Below, one piece after another: positions 43,713 to 58,031 of a stretch of 64,000 nt of DNA. Made by a program: the position numbers and the translations under genes. The stretch's first letter is position 1; every line of letters starts with the position of its first letter. The notes beneath the pieces are model-generated. The model was not told where the DNA came from. It made no database searches and saw nothing but the letters and a program-made list of their open reading frames with translations. Source of the DNA: Octopus vulgaris (lineage: Eukaryota); contig OX597817.1 in assembly GCA_951406725.2 (NCBI GenBank), positions 64,976,001 through 65,040,000 on the forward strand. The letters are read 5' to 3'.

Positions 43713-44487
43713 ATTATTATTATTATTATTATTATTAGCTTCAGTTGGCAGTTGTGGTCCCACTATTTGCCCCATCACTCTAGGACTATTACCTTCTGCA
43801 TCTGTAGCTGGTCCTGATCCAACAGACTACTTATCAAGATCAGAGTTGTTTCTCTCTGAATTAAATTGATGACGATGTCTGTTCAGGAAGTAGATCATTG
43901 ATTTACACTTTTTGACAGTTTCTTGCAAATTGGCACACTTTCTCTTTGCCGCACCATTTCGTATTTTTTCATTGTTCCATAAAACTGATCAAAACTGAAA
44001 TAAAATAAAAATAAAAACACCGATCAATAAAACACAGATCAATATTTGATATTTTTACTCCTTTATTTGTTTAATGTTGGTGAAAAATAAAATATTATTA
44101 CCACTGTGGTTGCAAAGTTACTAGCTTAAAAGATATACTAGAATAAAGATTATCCTGTATTAATGGTTAAAAAATAGATGAAAATAAAGAAAAGTATAAA
44201 GGCGTCCCGGCTGTGACCATTCAATGAATATATCCTTTACTATAAACATGTATTGTATTGTTGAAGCATATATAATAAGTGGACGATACATTTTGGGTGA
44301 TTCAGAGTTTCATAATATCTGGCTGCAGATCAAATATCAATACGTCTGTGTAACTATAAGTAATGTAGATCTACATCAAATGATTAACACAAATATTTAA
44401 CCTCCAGGCATTGGGTATATTTTCGTACCCCTATTTGTATGTATGTATATGCATATATACGCATATATAGATTTATGTGTGTCGTTT

Positions 44488-44533
<46 letters not shown>

Positions 44534-44690
44534 GAATTTTATAAGCATAAAGCTTTTACGTGATTATTGTGCAATGACTAAATAAAATAGTTTAATAACG
44601 AGGAATATAAGCCCTCGACGGAAAAAAAATAGGTTTTCCCATATGCTTGGGACACGGTGATCGCTCATAAGCTTTGAGCTTATAAAATAC

Positions 44691-44741
<51 letters not shown>

Positions 44742-44742
<1 letters not shown>

Positions 44743-45054
44743 GACATCAAACAGAATACACTATCACGAGGTTGTTGATTGAAGATATTGTGTCTACCAG
44801 TGGCTTGTACCTCAGACAGACACTACTTTACGCAATATGCGTGCATTTCCAAGTAATGCCGACTTTTGCAATACACCTAGATTGTAGAGTATTTCAAAAG
44901 TTTTCAGATGTTTTTTTTTCAGATTGGGTGGTATTGAACTCAATGCCCCGATGACAATACGGATAACCTTTATATTTGACTCTCGTAGTTGCCACATCTT
45001 AGCAATCTCAATTCTCAGGTCTCCATATTTATCAACCTTTTCTCTTTCTTTCAT
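44742..45054 (-). mobile_element. R4/Dong-like LINE 3' end abutting (TTA)n
   Basis: EREKVDKYGDLRIEIAKMWQL...IVIGALSSIP...LQKSALLGNARILRKVVSV, followed by a short 3' UTR and a TAA array. Confidence 0.8.
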
Positions 45055-45104
45055 GCTGGAAAGTTCCTAGATTTAGCGGTATCCCGAAAGGCCTGATTGG
45101 AGGC

Positions 45105-45266
45105 CTGACCTTCCGAGTTCTTTTACGGGCATAGAAAAATTGAAGGATCGCTAAAATAAGTGTGTGAATCTGAGAGGGGAATATGTTAAATAAAATTATG
45201 ATTAACTGATCCTCCCCTATTTTCTTTTACCCACCCAAAGCCAGGAACTTTTTAGCACTCCTCTCG
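45105..45266 (+). mobile_element. Mariner transposase C-terminal fragment
   Basis: GIEKLKDR*NKCVNLRGEYVK* matches the typical mariner C-terminus (GI.KL..RW.KC....GEY). Confidence 0.6.
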
Positions 45267-45270
45267 CAAT

Positions 45271-45302
<32 letters not shown>

Positions 45303-45765
45303 GCACAAATATTTATTTTTTATTTTTATTTTAAAGGTAGTCCTGAGGCCTGTTATTCAAAAGTTTCTTCGGCATGCAGCCACTTCTCCAGATAGTTTAG
45401 TCTGGACCCTGTCTGAATTGTCCGAATAAATTGCAACACACTGTAGAAAGTCCGGAATAACAAGCCATTGGACCTATTTATGAAAAAAAAAAATCGAAAA
45501 CAGTTACAAAGAAGAACATGAAACTACTATTCACTATGCTTGTACTGCATACTTCTGAGGATCCATAATTCAAAACGGATGTGTGTGTGCGCGTGTGCGC
45601 GTGCGTGTATGTGTGTGCGTGTGCATGCATGTATGTATGGTTGTTGTGGTGTTTCTACGAGCAGCTCTAGGAAGTCTCTCTCTTCTGGGGAATTATTCAT
45701 TGTTCGAATTTATTTTGCTGTTCTTTTTTTACACACCCCTTTGTGTAACCCCACATTCTATTGTC

Positions 45766-45804
<39 letters not shown>

Positions 45805-45883
45805 TGTTGTTGTTGTTGTTGTTATTATTATTATTATTGTTGTTATTATTATTGTTATTATTATTATTATTATTACAAACAAC

Positions 45884-45948
<65 letters not shown>

Positions 45949-46751
45949 CTACTACTACTCTGATAAAAAAAACAGAATGAGGAACAGGAAATTAATTTAT
46001 AACCAAGGACAGGAAGTTAAGTGGCGTTATTTAAACTGTTTGAGATGGAATCAATTGGAACGAGGGACAACTGCACACACCGACACATGTATACGCACAC
46101 ATATAAATAAGGCAGAAACACGCACGCGCACACACACAAACATATATACACACTCACACATACATACAATATTCATACATACACACGTATGCCATTCACT
46201 TGCATATACGTTAAGACGCCCAATCATACGTACATACTGGCATACACTCATCTACAATCATACACATACATACACTGATAGTATAATTACTTTCACTGAC
46301 ATACATTCACTATATATATATATATATACACATACACACACAGACACTCACACTCACATATATGTTCATGCGTACGCTCACTCAAAAACATCAACACACA
46401 CAAACACTCATGCACACACACAGATATATACAGAACACACTGAGAAGCACGCATATGCACTGAGGCACAATCGTACACTTCCACACGCACGGCTTACACG
46501 TACGCATCACATACATGCACTTTCTCATACACTCATACACTCAAACACACGCTCACGCATTAAAACACAGATACAGTCACCCGTAAGCGTGCGCTTTCTC
46601 TTCTCTGTCTCTCTCTCTCACACACACACAGAAGTATACACACGCATATGCACACAACCATGTTCACAAATATAGTAGATGTGATGAGGGTATAGTATCG
46701 ATTGTTGAAGGAGAATACCAGTGAAAGCTGGAGAGAGATGCTTCACTGACA

Positions 46752-46985
46752 GCTGGAGGGAAAGGTTGCTGGAGGGAAAGGCAGCTGGAGGGAGAGGCAG
46801 GTGGAGGGAAAGGCAGGTGGAGGGAAAGGCAGGTGGAGGGAGAGGCAGGTGGAGGGAAAGGCAGCTGGAGGGAAAGGCAGCTGGAGGGAAAGGCAGGTGG
46901 AGGGGTGGAGGGAAAGGCAGGTGGAGGGGTGGAAGGAAATGCAGGTGGAGGGAAAGGCAACTGGAGGGAATGCAGATGGAGGGAA
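46752..46985 (+). repeat. G-rich minisatellite, about 16-bp unit TGGAGGGAAAGGCAG(G/C)
   Basis: About 14 imperfect tandem units read directly; explains the P-rich and G/R-rich ORFs. Confidence 0.9.
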
Positions 46986-47537
46986 AAACAGCCGTAGGGA
47001 GAGATAGCTTGTGGGAGAACACTTTGAGGGAAAGATAGCTGGAGAGAGAGTGTACTACTAAGAGGCTGGAGATAGATAGATAGACAGAGAGAAAAGAAGA
47101 GAGAGAGGATACTGCTAACCACTGGAGTAAGGCAGCCCACGGTTGACTGCTGGAAGAATAGCGAGTATGATTACGAGAATGACAGAGAGAGAGAAGGGGG
47201 AGAGTTGGAGGGAGAGAAATAAACACCGATGGCTCAAGAAAAAGACTATAAATAACTGCGTGAATGAGAGATACAATGTGACTGTTCGTAGAATGAATAC
47301 CAATGACTGCTAGCGCGAGAGAAGGTCACTGGCTGCTGGATCTAGAGAGTATCACTGCTTACTGCGAGGAAAGAGAGTACCTCTATCGGTGTTTCCTCTT
47401 GGCCGTTTCCCCAATACGTCTGACCTGCTTAATGAAAATTCAACTGTGTCTCTATGTCAGTAACCAGGTTGCAAAAGTACGAAGAGACTTCTTGAAACTT
47501 CATAAAAGACATTGAAATAATCGAAAATAAAATACAG

Positions 47538-47629
<92 letters not shown>

Positions 47630-47699
47630 GGGAATTAATCATCTGGCTATTCGTCCATGATAAACTGCTTAGATTATCGATGCTACTATCATCACTTTC

Positions 47700-48695
47700 T
47701 ACTAACATATCCATGCATAGTATTCTGCTTATATAGGCTCATCCTTTCATCTGATGATATGTTGCGGTTGAGTCGTGTGACTTCTTTGGGCATGTATTCT
47801 AGGCTATCAGACACAGAGTGTTGCTCAAGGAGCTGCCTTCCAAGTCTTATGATGTTATCAGCTTCATATATGCAAACTTGGTCAAGGCATGCACTTCGAC
47901 GCTTGGTGGTTAAAAGATGTTAAGCCTCTGCCGCCTTGTTTACGTTTTGGGTAGAGGCGGTTTACATCAATGTTTATGCGGAAATTATATGTGCTTGTTA
48001 GTATTTTTCGGGGTTTCACATCACTGGCTCGGATCTTATCAAGCGCCCAATCAAGCTGCCCAAATGTTGGTATGAGTACTGGCACTGCAAACGCAATGTG
48101 GGCCACTGCTTTATTGAATGTAGAGAGTTCTGAGGTCCAAACTTTCTTTATTCGGCTATAATATTCTTTAGTGACATGTGTTTTATAACAGGTGCCACTG
48201 TAAGATATATTTTCATCCACTCCTAGATACCTGTAACATTCCTCGTCAGATACAGGGGAAACAGTCAAATCATTGACGGAGATGTTACTAGTCTGGTTTA
48301 TAGTTTTCTCCCTTTTCACGACTATATAACATTTATCCTGACCAAACTCCAACCCAACATCCTTTGAGGCTCTTTTTCATCTCGTGCATATTCTTTGCAT
48401 AAAGTTTTAAGTCATCCACAAAGAAACAGTGTGTAATTTTGGTATTTCTGTTTCCTTGTAAACCAGTGAGATACCCTTCAGACTTCCTTAACATGAATGA
48501 CAAGGAGTTTACAGAAAGTATAAACAACAGAGAGGCTGTCTCCTTGGAATATGCCTTTGCGATATTGTATTCTATCGGTGATAATACAGTCACTCTTTGT
48601 GTTTAATTTCAAGATGGTGGCCCACGATGAAGTCAGGTCAGCTATGGCTTTGACTATTCTCACTGGACTTTAGCAAGTTGAAGGTCTTTTAGCAT
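47700..48695 (-). mobile_element. R4/Dong-like LINE reverse transcriptase fragment (frameshifted)
   Basis: RKGIFQGDSLS, LFILSVNSLSFML, ITHCFFVDDLKLYAKN, EFGQDKC, YRYLGVDE and RLYPKRKQGGRGL across three overlapping ORFs. Confidence 0.9.
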
Positions 48696-48829
48696 CCATA
48701 TATATATGAAAAATATGTATATATATATGCATACACTTTATATACATTTATCTGTGTATGTATTTATATATCCTCATGTACGAAAAGTAAAAGTAAGTCT
48801 TCATCTATATGCATACATATGTGCACTTA

Positions 48830-50540
48830 TGAGCACTATATGGAAATGCTATTGGGTAAGGCAGGGTATGTAGTGAAATTCATACATTAATAAGCATTAT
48901 TCTATGACTCAGAGATCATCGACTCATCTACTTATTATTATGGCATAAAAAGACACGCAAGAAACAAGGATCAAGAATCATTTCTGTTTGACCTTTTGGA
49001 TATACAATATCGATTTTCGCATGTACAACAACACACCCAAAACAAACATAACTCTAATATTAAGAAATAAAAGAAAATATATACAAAACACTCATATTCT
49101 CAGATAAAACAAAATCCTCTTTATGAAGCAGAAAACAATATGTTTAACCACTCCCTAAATAAGAATATTGCATCGCAAATCAATTAAAAGACACGTGAGC
49201 ACGCAATTATATAAATATTGAAACAAAAACAGCCCATGAACTTAAATAGACAATAAATTAGAATGATTAGCTAAACACAAAGCATATATCACAATTAAAG
49301 GGCAGACGGAGAATAGAGAATATTGTCTCCAATCCTAAATGCAGAGTAATCAATCATATGAATACAGAGATCAGGTTAACTTGCCACAAAATCTCCAGCA
49401 ACAGTAAGTTTTCAGTTAAATAAGTAATAAATCTTCAATAAATGTAATAACATTAATACTGTCAGCGTACTTGTTAACGTTAACAATAAAGATTTACCCA
49501 GTTCTATATTATAGCATTTAATCCCTCATGCTGGAAATCTTTACCGTTAAGTGCCTATATCACAATATGGGTGACAATGATATAGATATCAATATGCAAG
49601 CTAGTAAAAGACTAATTTTTAAAATAAAGATTCTGCTGGGGTTTAAGAGAAAACTACGTTGATATCAGCACAGAGATTTTTGGCTGCGCAGATATATGTA
49701 ATTTTATTGGTCTGTATATTCTTGATACACTCAAAAAGAAAACTAATCTCTATAGTTATAGGCTTAAACAAAGATACTTCGTTGACTATATTCCAGCGCA
49801 TCAACGGACATCGACATACTGAAAAAACATCTGATTAATACCTTCAATAATTTCAGCCTAATAATAACTATTACTAATAAATTAAATATTGTAAATTTCT
49901 TAGATGTGACACTTTTTAATTACAGATTAACACAAAACACGAAGAAAATCTAACGAAAATCTCGCATGTATATTAACATACAATCCTGTTATTCATACAC
50001 ACTTTTCATAAAAAGATTCTCTGACCTGTCAACGAATAAAATTTTCACAATGTTCCCTACAACACGACTGTGTTGTAGACGTGAATCATTTGATCCACAT
50101 CTTTTTTTCTTAAAAGTGAACGCTAGCGGAAATGAACATGTCTTAGCATTGAAAAGTAAATATTTCTGCATTAATCACCAGTACTGAAAATTATTCAACC
50201 CCAGCATGGCTACAGGTTTTGGGATGAAATGCATAAAAGAAAAAGACTGCGTTACAGCTGCACCACCAATATGAAAATCTTAATGCCAATTAATTCCCAT
50301 AAAATAACTGACACTAAATGTATAAAAATGTATGCCTTCTTAATGCAGCACTTAGGCTATTATCTGCGGAACAGAAGTCACTTCCATCAAACCAAGTCTA
50401 AAAACCGTACGTAAACACTATGCAAATATGGTGGAAGGTAAATTTCAACAGAGCTACCTCAATGATACATTCTCGCTCTGAAATGTGGAAAAGGAGAATG
50501 TAACAAACTATTCAGTTACATCTGGACCTTGAAAGAACGC
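48830..50540 (+). mobile_element. Decayed Penelope-like retroelement (RT plus C-terminal GIY-YIG region)
   Basis: Collinear motifs: KAYITIK...SNPKCRVIN (49279-49355), FYIIAFNPS (cf. FDIxxFYPS), FGCADICNFIGLYILDTL (49679-49732; cf. GAEICELVGLYIL), IVNFLDVTL (49888-49914), KRFSDLS, LRYSCTTNMK, FQQSYLND and YIWTLKE (50517-50537). Many stops and frameshifts. Confidence 0.75.
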
Positions 50541-50849
50541 AGGACAACGACGACGGCGGGACCGCCGCCACCGCCGCCGATGTCCCAAAATGTCCAAGCT
50601 TCTTACCACGCAGCCACGCCGTGTGTGTGTGTGTACGTGTGTTTGTCCTAATGCCGCTCGACAATCAGTGTTGGTTTGTTTACGTTCCTGTAACTTAACT
50701 GTTCAGGAAAAGTGGCCGATTGTATAAGTACTCGACTTAAATATATTCTATATGGCCGCATTGGACAGCACGGCCGCGCTCCGATGACTGAAATATGTAA
50801 ACGATAAATATTGTCTCTTAAGCCTTTATGCTTTTATTCTTTTCTTTTC

Positions 50850-51041
50850 TACTCTAGGCACAAGGTCCGAAGTTTAGGGAGGAGCCAGTCGATTAGATCG
50901 ACTCCAGTATACAACTGGAACTTAATTTATTGACTCCGAAAGGCAAAGTCGACCGCAGCGGAATATGAACTCAGAACGTAAAGACAGACGAAATACCACT
51001 AAGCATTTCGCCCGGCATGCTAACGTTTCTGCCAACTCGCC
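50850..51041 (-). mobile_element. SINE family A, antisense
   Basis: ...aaggcaaagtcgacc...tgaactcagaacgtaaagac...aagcatttcgcccggcatgctaacgtttctgccaactcgcc. Confidence 0.85.
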
Positions 51042-51454
51042 ATTTATATACTTTATACTTTTATTGCTTCACCGTTTTAACATTTTCACTATGTAAATTA
51101 TCCTTTTATTATGTCAGTTTATTTGGAAACTCCAACAACTCATGTTTAATAAGTTCTTCAAGTTGATCATTTGTAACCAGTCCAAACGAAATAACTAAAA
51201 CCCTTAAGAATCGATATTAATATATAATGAATTACGTCTCTTACCTTGATTTTATTACCGATATCCAACACCGGAAGTTCAGATTACTGTTCAATAATTA
51301 TTTATTACATCTGTCCTATATTTCTGGAAGAAATCAGCTGTGTTCAGACCTGGCTAGGGATAGGCTCTGCCAAGTTTTAAAATGTACAAGATAACGTCGG
51401 ATGTCACTACGATGCTCCTATGAATTCATCAAGGAGTTGAAGGCTCAAGCCAAG

Positions 51455-51518
<64 letters not shown>

Positions 51519-51585
51519 ACATGAGCAATGCTATCTCTCTCACAGACACACTACACACACACTCATGCACTCATACATTCACGCA

Positions 51586-51651
<66 letters not shown>

Positions 51652-52015
51652 TAATCGTTCGCTATAACATTGATTGTTAGCCATTTATTAAGCGTACCTT
51701 TCTATTAGAATTCTTTCATTTATCTTTCCTTTCTTTCTGTTAATAGCACCAACGCGATTCATCTTACTTCTTTGAACAGAATTATATATCAAAGGTAGAG
51801 GACATCAATGAGTTAATCGTAGGTGTGAAACGGAAGACTTTGATATAATTAATTGAAGGAAAGAATAAAGCCGTGAATTCAATACGGTAGGGCTTTAAAT
51901 AAAATCTCCAGATAATCAAATGACAAAAGTTTCGTAACTCCATTCACTATTTTCATCTAAAATTCTCCTGGCAAACAATGCAAAAGACCTCTCTATTTTT
52001 CTTTCTCTCTCTCGC

Positions 52016-52164
<149 letters not shown>

Positions 52165-52364
52165 TCATATATTTTTCTGTCCGTCAGTCTTTCTGTCTGC
52201 CTAGCTGTGTGTCTATTCATTGACCGATATAATTATCCTGCTATCAGTCTCTTTAATTAACTATGGATAGACCAGCCCTTCTCTCCGCCTTCGACTCTGC
52301 CTGCCTCTCTATCTCTCTGTCTCTTTCTCCCCTTCCTTCTCTCTCCCTATATATATGTCTAGAG

Positions 52365-52870
52365 CGGGTAAAATTCCCGAGATCCATGGACGAGTTCTCT
52401 CCAACGGTTTTTGTCTTTCATCATCTATGCCATCTCCTGTGTCTCCCAGAGACCACTGTCTGTCCTTAGGGCATCAACATATGTCATCCTCGGTCTCCCT
52501 CTTCTAGTGTGTCCTTGTAGGGGCTCCCACAGGACCACTGAGTGCAGTATCAACTCTGAATGACGGTGAGCATGTCCAGCTAACCTCAGTCTCCTCTGTT
52601 ATTTCTGAGCTAACTATGGGAGGCTCTCGTACAGCTCTGTGTTCTTCATCCTCAGTGTATACTGATTAATGTTCAGAGCCATTCTCAGCATTCACGTGTA
52701 ACATCCATCTATCATCTGAGTGAGTTTTTTGGTCAGTGTCCAAGTCTCAGACCCGTATAACAGCACAGACTCCATTGCAGCAACGAAGAGACGGATCTTC
52801 AGGTCTTTACGGAGGTCCGACTTCCATACAGATCTCAAAGTGTGGCATGCCACCCAGGCTTTGCTCCTCC
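52365..52870 (-). mobile_element. RTE-clade LINE 3' fragment
   Basis: Minus strand AWVACHTLRSVWKSDLRKDLKIRLFVAAMESVLLYGSETWTLTKK...DGCY...LRMALNI...LRLAGHAHR matches the RTE post-RT domain. Confidence 0.85.
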
Positions 52871-53047
52871 TCCCAACTTCATCACCCTCTGTGTCTCAAT
52901 CTTTTACAGGATGTCCTCAACCAACTCTTGTGGCTTCCCGCCTTCATTTATAATCTTTTCTGGTTTCTTAACGTTCTCTACCAGATACTCCGTCTTAATT
53001 TCATTCATCTTCAGTCTCACATATACATATGTACATGTGCATGTATG

Positions 53048-53126
<79 letters not shown>

Positions 53127-54171
53127 GTATGTATGTATATATGATCACGAGGGGATCCATAAATGATCGACGCATATCTAAGTGAAACACGCCAGAAGTT
53201 AACCAGACATAATGACGCAAAACTGACAGTTAATCCATTATCAATAAATGGAAGTTCATTGTTGTTAGGTAATTCAGAACTTCAATTGTATTCCAAATTA
53301 TTAAGCGATGAATGAAACCTTAAGGGTGGCGTAAAAGCAATAAAAATAGACGAATGGGTTATTTGGCCATGCTACAATTGTTTCGTTAAAAGTTTTTATT
53401 GTGACACAAGCAAAGTACAGTCCGGTGTGCCGTATGCACAACGTCCACAAAATTATGCAATACGTTATGCAGTTTATCAAACTCACCAAATAAACAAGTG
53501 AGCAGAGACACGTTGATTAACCAGCAGCTCATCAACAAATGAAATTTCTAATAAGAATTATCAACATTTGAGAAATGTAAATGAGTGGAACTACGAACTG
53601 TCAAACAACGAGGGTAGTAGAAGGAGGTTGTAAATGAAAGAAACAGTTAAAGGCGTTCCTACTCTAAAGATGTCAAACTTAGCAACCTCGTTCATAATGA
53701 GAGAACATTTTTGTATGCCGGGTGTTAGCAGGTGCCAGTCATGACGTTTGACACTCCTCCAGTTTCCGTCTTACAAATTCAATGTAAAGGCTATTCTCGG
53801 CCTGAGGAGATACTTGCCTAAGGTACCGTTGAGAACTAAACCCAAGATCACGGAGGTGGAAAGCAAGATTTTTAACCTCACAGTCGCTCTTGCGCCTCTA
53901 TACAGAATATCTTTGACACTATTAAGACCTGTCTCAGAAAAATCCAAAAGATTGTGCTGACAAGTACTGCTCACATCATTAGAAAAACCCTATTAATTTA
54001 AATGTTTGTGTTGTATTACATGAAGATATTTCGCTACTGCCTCTGCTACTTATCCACAAACGTTCAGTTATACTTTAACATCTCTTATCCTTCACTTACC
54101 CTAGGACGCTGGGTGTGTCTCGGCAAGTGATTGCAACAAACTTGCAGATTAAAAGTAAATAACAATAATAA

Positions 54172-54363
54172 TCCTTTCTATTATAGAGACAAATCCTGAA
54201 ATTTTGGGGGATGGGATGAGTCGATTACATCGACCCCAGTGTTTCACTGGTACTTAATTTATCGACCCCGAAAGGATGAAAAGCAAAGTTGACCTCAGCG
54301 GAATTTGAATCCGAAACATAGCGACGGGCGAAATACCGCTAAGCACTTCGTCCAGTGTGCTAA
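54172..54363 (-). mobile_element. SINE family A, antisense, next to (TAA)n
   Basis: gtcgattacatcgaccccagt...ggtacttaatttatcgaccccgaaaggatgaaa.gcaaagttgacctc.gcggaatttgaa. Confidence 0.85.
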
Positions 54364-54382
54364 TGATTATTACAACAACAAC

Positions 54383-54472
<90 letters not shown>

Positions 54473-54689
54473 GGATATATTGGTGTGAATACTTGTAATG
54501 GTTATGGTAATAATTACAACTGATGCAATAGTAATAACAATATTAAACAATATAATAATTTTGGCGTACATGGGGGACTAAGTGACGTCTATAATTCTAG
54601 TACAAATTTTGGCAATGTAATTTTGGTGGAGTGACTAACGCACATAACAGTGCTACTGATTATGATTATGTACCGTATAATGGTATAAG

Positions 54690-55000
54690 AAATCTTGTAT
54701 TGCTTGAAAAATGATGAGCGCCCTGCTTCATTCAGGACCAGCGTTATTGAGTTCAGGAAAATCGTCTGTACATCGATATTTGAGCTTTTCCAAATCAGCA
54801 CAGCCATTCCAGTATCCGATTCTGATCGACCATAAAATGATTTCACCCCAAAACCGTCGAAGACAGGTGAGAGTATGTGCGTCTTGGAAATCCTAGCTAC
54901 ATTGATGACTACCACATCTATATCGAGATTGTTGAGAAGGTATCCTAGCTCTAAAAGCGACTCTAGGCCTGCGTATTTACGCAATCCGTCTCTGAGCACG
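54690..55000 (-). mobile_element. Possible L1/Tx1-type APE endonuclease remnant
   Basis: LRDGLRK...LLNNLDIDVVVINVARI...GMAVLI weakly resembles the NVRGL...DVxxIxET...GVAVL start of APE domains. Confidence 0.35.
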
Positions 55001-56727
55001 GCCATGGTGGTCGGAGAAAGAAAAGTGACAGAGATTATTTATTTTGATCGTTGGGAAAAACGGAGGAGCTGGGAGTCGGATAGGTTTCTTAAAAGTTCTT
55101 CAGGAATCATTTATTTACTAAAAGTTTGAACATTCTTAGGTCATGCTGGAATTTACTTTTAACTTATTGCAAATGTTCGAATTGGTTTTTAGTAAAATCA
55201 GTCTGGTGGAGCTTTTTGGTTGTGCTAGTGAAGGCCTCCCATTTCTGGTTGTATTTCTTTGTTTGTGCACCTCATTAACCCTCATCACCATCACTGCCGC
55301 CGCCACAGCTGGTTTTCTCCTTGATTTTAAAATACCACCATTGTTACCATTGCCACCATCACCACCACCTCCACTACCACTATCAACACCACTACTGTAA
55401 CCATTACTACAACCTCTAATGCTTTTAGAATCCTCTACAAATAAGTTCTTACAACCCATCACCACCGTCTCTTACATCACGACCACAAAGTCTAGCACTA
55501 CTGTCACTAGAATCACAACAACCACAACCATCATCACTAGTATTCGAACATAAAAAGAAACCTCCACCACTAACACCAACAACACCTCAGCCATACACCC
55601 ACCATTACCACCATCCCGACCACAACCACTACAGCAACTACCACTATTACCTCCATCATTATTATCACATCCGCTTCTAAAACCACCACCATTACTACCA
55701 GTACAATCACAGAAAAAATGGGATGGTCACAGCTAGAAAGCTTTTCATTGTATGCCTACTTAATCACAGATGACCTGGGGTTAAATAACAACAACAATAA
55801 TGATTTCTTATATTGAGTTAAGAAATCCATATTGCTATTATTGTTGTTAAGGAATCAATATAGCTTAACACCAAACAAATAATCAAAGACCCTCCAACTA
55901 TGAACATCTTGTCTTTCGGACTTAGTGTATTTATAGATATAGTGTATAATGTGTCTCTCCTTTTTCAAAACGATTTGAAGGGTGTAATTTGAATGAAATT
56001 TGCTTGCGATTTCTAGCAGATCAAGCCGCCATATAGTAGCGGTCTTTTGTTTTAGCCTTAGATTGAACTCGAAATAGCAGATATCCATGATCAAAAGCAT
56101 TCCAAACTTAACCATTTCATCTTATTTTCCGATAGCCTATAAAAAAAAAAGCCGCTTCTCCTCCCCACCATATTCCTGTGTTAAAAAAATATGAGCAAAT
56201 TGAATAATGTAGTCATAAATCGATTCAGGCAGTTCTTCATGTTTTTCAATCTACAGACAAATAGGTAAAATCGACATGTTTGTATGTCGCCTACGTAGGT
56301 TTATATATATATTACATCATGTCCTGATACTGTGTAGACTGGGTTTCCCGTTGACAGGCCACTGATATTAAATATAGTGTTAAACAATAATGTTAAGCAA
56401 ATTAGTAGCTCCAATTCTCCCTAGTTACTAGGGAGTGTATATAAACAGAATGGCTACTCATTTCTATGTGATTGGTCAATTGTTGCAGACATTTCTGATG
56501 AGACCCCCAATAAGAGTCGAAAATCGATTAAAGTTGTTCATATGTTTTTCAATCTACCGAGAAATGGTTAAAATTGACTTGTATGTCTACTCCGTAGGTA
56601 TACATACATTATGTGCAAATTATTGAGGTGGTCATAGATAAAACACCTTCTCTCAAAAGTATGCTTGATCATGGCGCTAGTTTGTCAGAATTGGTAGAGA
56701 GTCGTGCAAAATGTGTTGTGGTATTTA

Positions 56728-58031
56728 TCAGGTTGAATAAAAAGTAAGCAACATTTTGAGCCATGAAGATTTTGTACCGGATTTTTGCAGAGTTTTGAAT
56801 TTTTTAAAACATTTTTGCAATTGTCTTATAATACATAAACTTGCACAAATGCATCAATAAATTAACATTGGTATTCTTCTCACAGCTGTTACAATAATCT
56901 GAAATTGAACTGTCAAAGCGCGATATTCGAACAATTTTGCTATTCAACTTAAAAAAAGGACGTAAAGTAGCTGAAGCTACTTGCGATATCAACGAAACGT
57001 TTGGTGAGGAAATGATTAGCGAGTAGTCAGCTCGAAAATGGTTTAAACGATTTCGCAGTGGAGACATGAGCTTTGAAGACGTTTGGTGAGGAAATGACCA
57101 GCGAGTTGTCAGCTCGAAAATGGTTTAAACGACTTCGCAGTGTAGACATGAGCTTTGAAGATCGTGAGCGTAGTGGATGCCCATCTGTCATCGGTGACGT
57201 CAATTAAAGACCGCCATTAAGAAAGATCCACGTAAAACCACTCAAGAACTGGCAAAAAAGTAAGCCAGAAAACTACCTGCAACCATTTGCATGCGATCAG
57301 AAAATCAAAAATGCTCTACAAATGGGTACCACACGATTTGAATGAAAATCAGAAAATGCACAGATATAAAATTTGCTTGTCGCTTCTTCTCCGTAACCAG
57401 ACCGATCCATTTCTCGACCGTATTGTAACTTGCGATGAAAAGCGGATTCTGTACAACAATGAACGTACGTTCTTCGCAGTGGTTGGACCGAAATGAAGCA
57501 CCGAATACCTTCCCTAAATCCGGACTTTTCAAAAAGAAGGTTAGGGTGACTGTTTGGTGGTGTACTGCTGGACTCATCCACTATAACTTCTTAAAACCCG
57601 GAAAAACCATTATTGTAGAAACATATTACTATGAAATTGCCAAAATGAACGAAAAACTACTACTGCTCCGTTCCAGACTGGTCAACAGATGAGGTTCAAT
57701 CATTCTTCATGACAATGTTCGACCACACGTTTCACTAATGACGCTCCAGAAGTTGAGGGAACATGGCTACGAAGTGCTTCCCCAGACCTTTCTCCAACCG
57801 ACTACCACATTTTCAAGCACTTTGAGAGGAGTTCAAAAATCAAACCGTTGCTGAAAGTGCGTTCAGAACTCCAGATTTCTATGTTACCGGAATAAACAAA
57901 CTCGTAACTCGTTAGCAAAAATATGTTGATTGTGATGGTACTTAATTTGATGAATAAAATTTTCACATTGTTGAAATATATTGTGATGAATTTCATGTTT
58001 CAAAACGTTGCTTACTTTTTACTCAGGCTGA
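56728..58031 (+). mobile_element. Full-length, inactive mariner transposon (1304 bp) with TA TSD, nested in a SINE
   Basis: 32-bp TIRs TCAGGTTGAATAAAAAGTAAGCAACATTTTGA with 4 mismatches, TA on both sides. Motifs WVPHDL, IVTCDEKRILYNN, HDNVRPH and PDLSPTDYHIF, with stops and frameshifts. Confidence 0.93.

Noticed and set aside
46618-47226. Pro-rich 202-aa and G/R/W-rich ORFs
   Set aside because: They are products of the 16-bp G-rich minisatellite.
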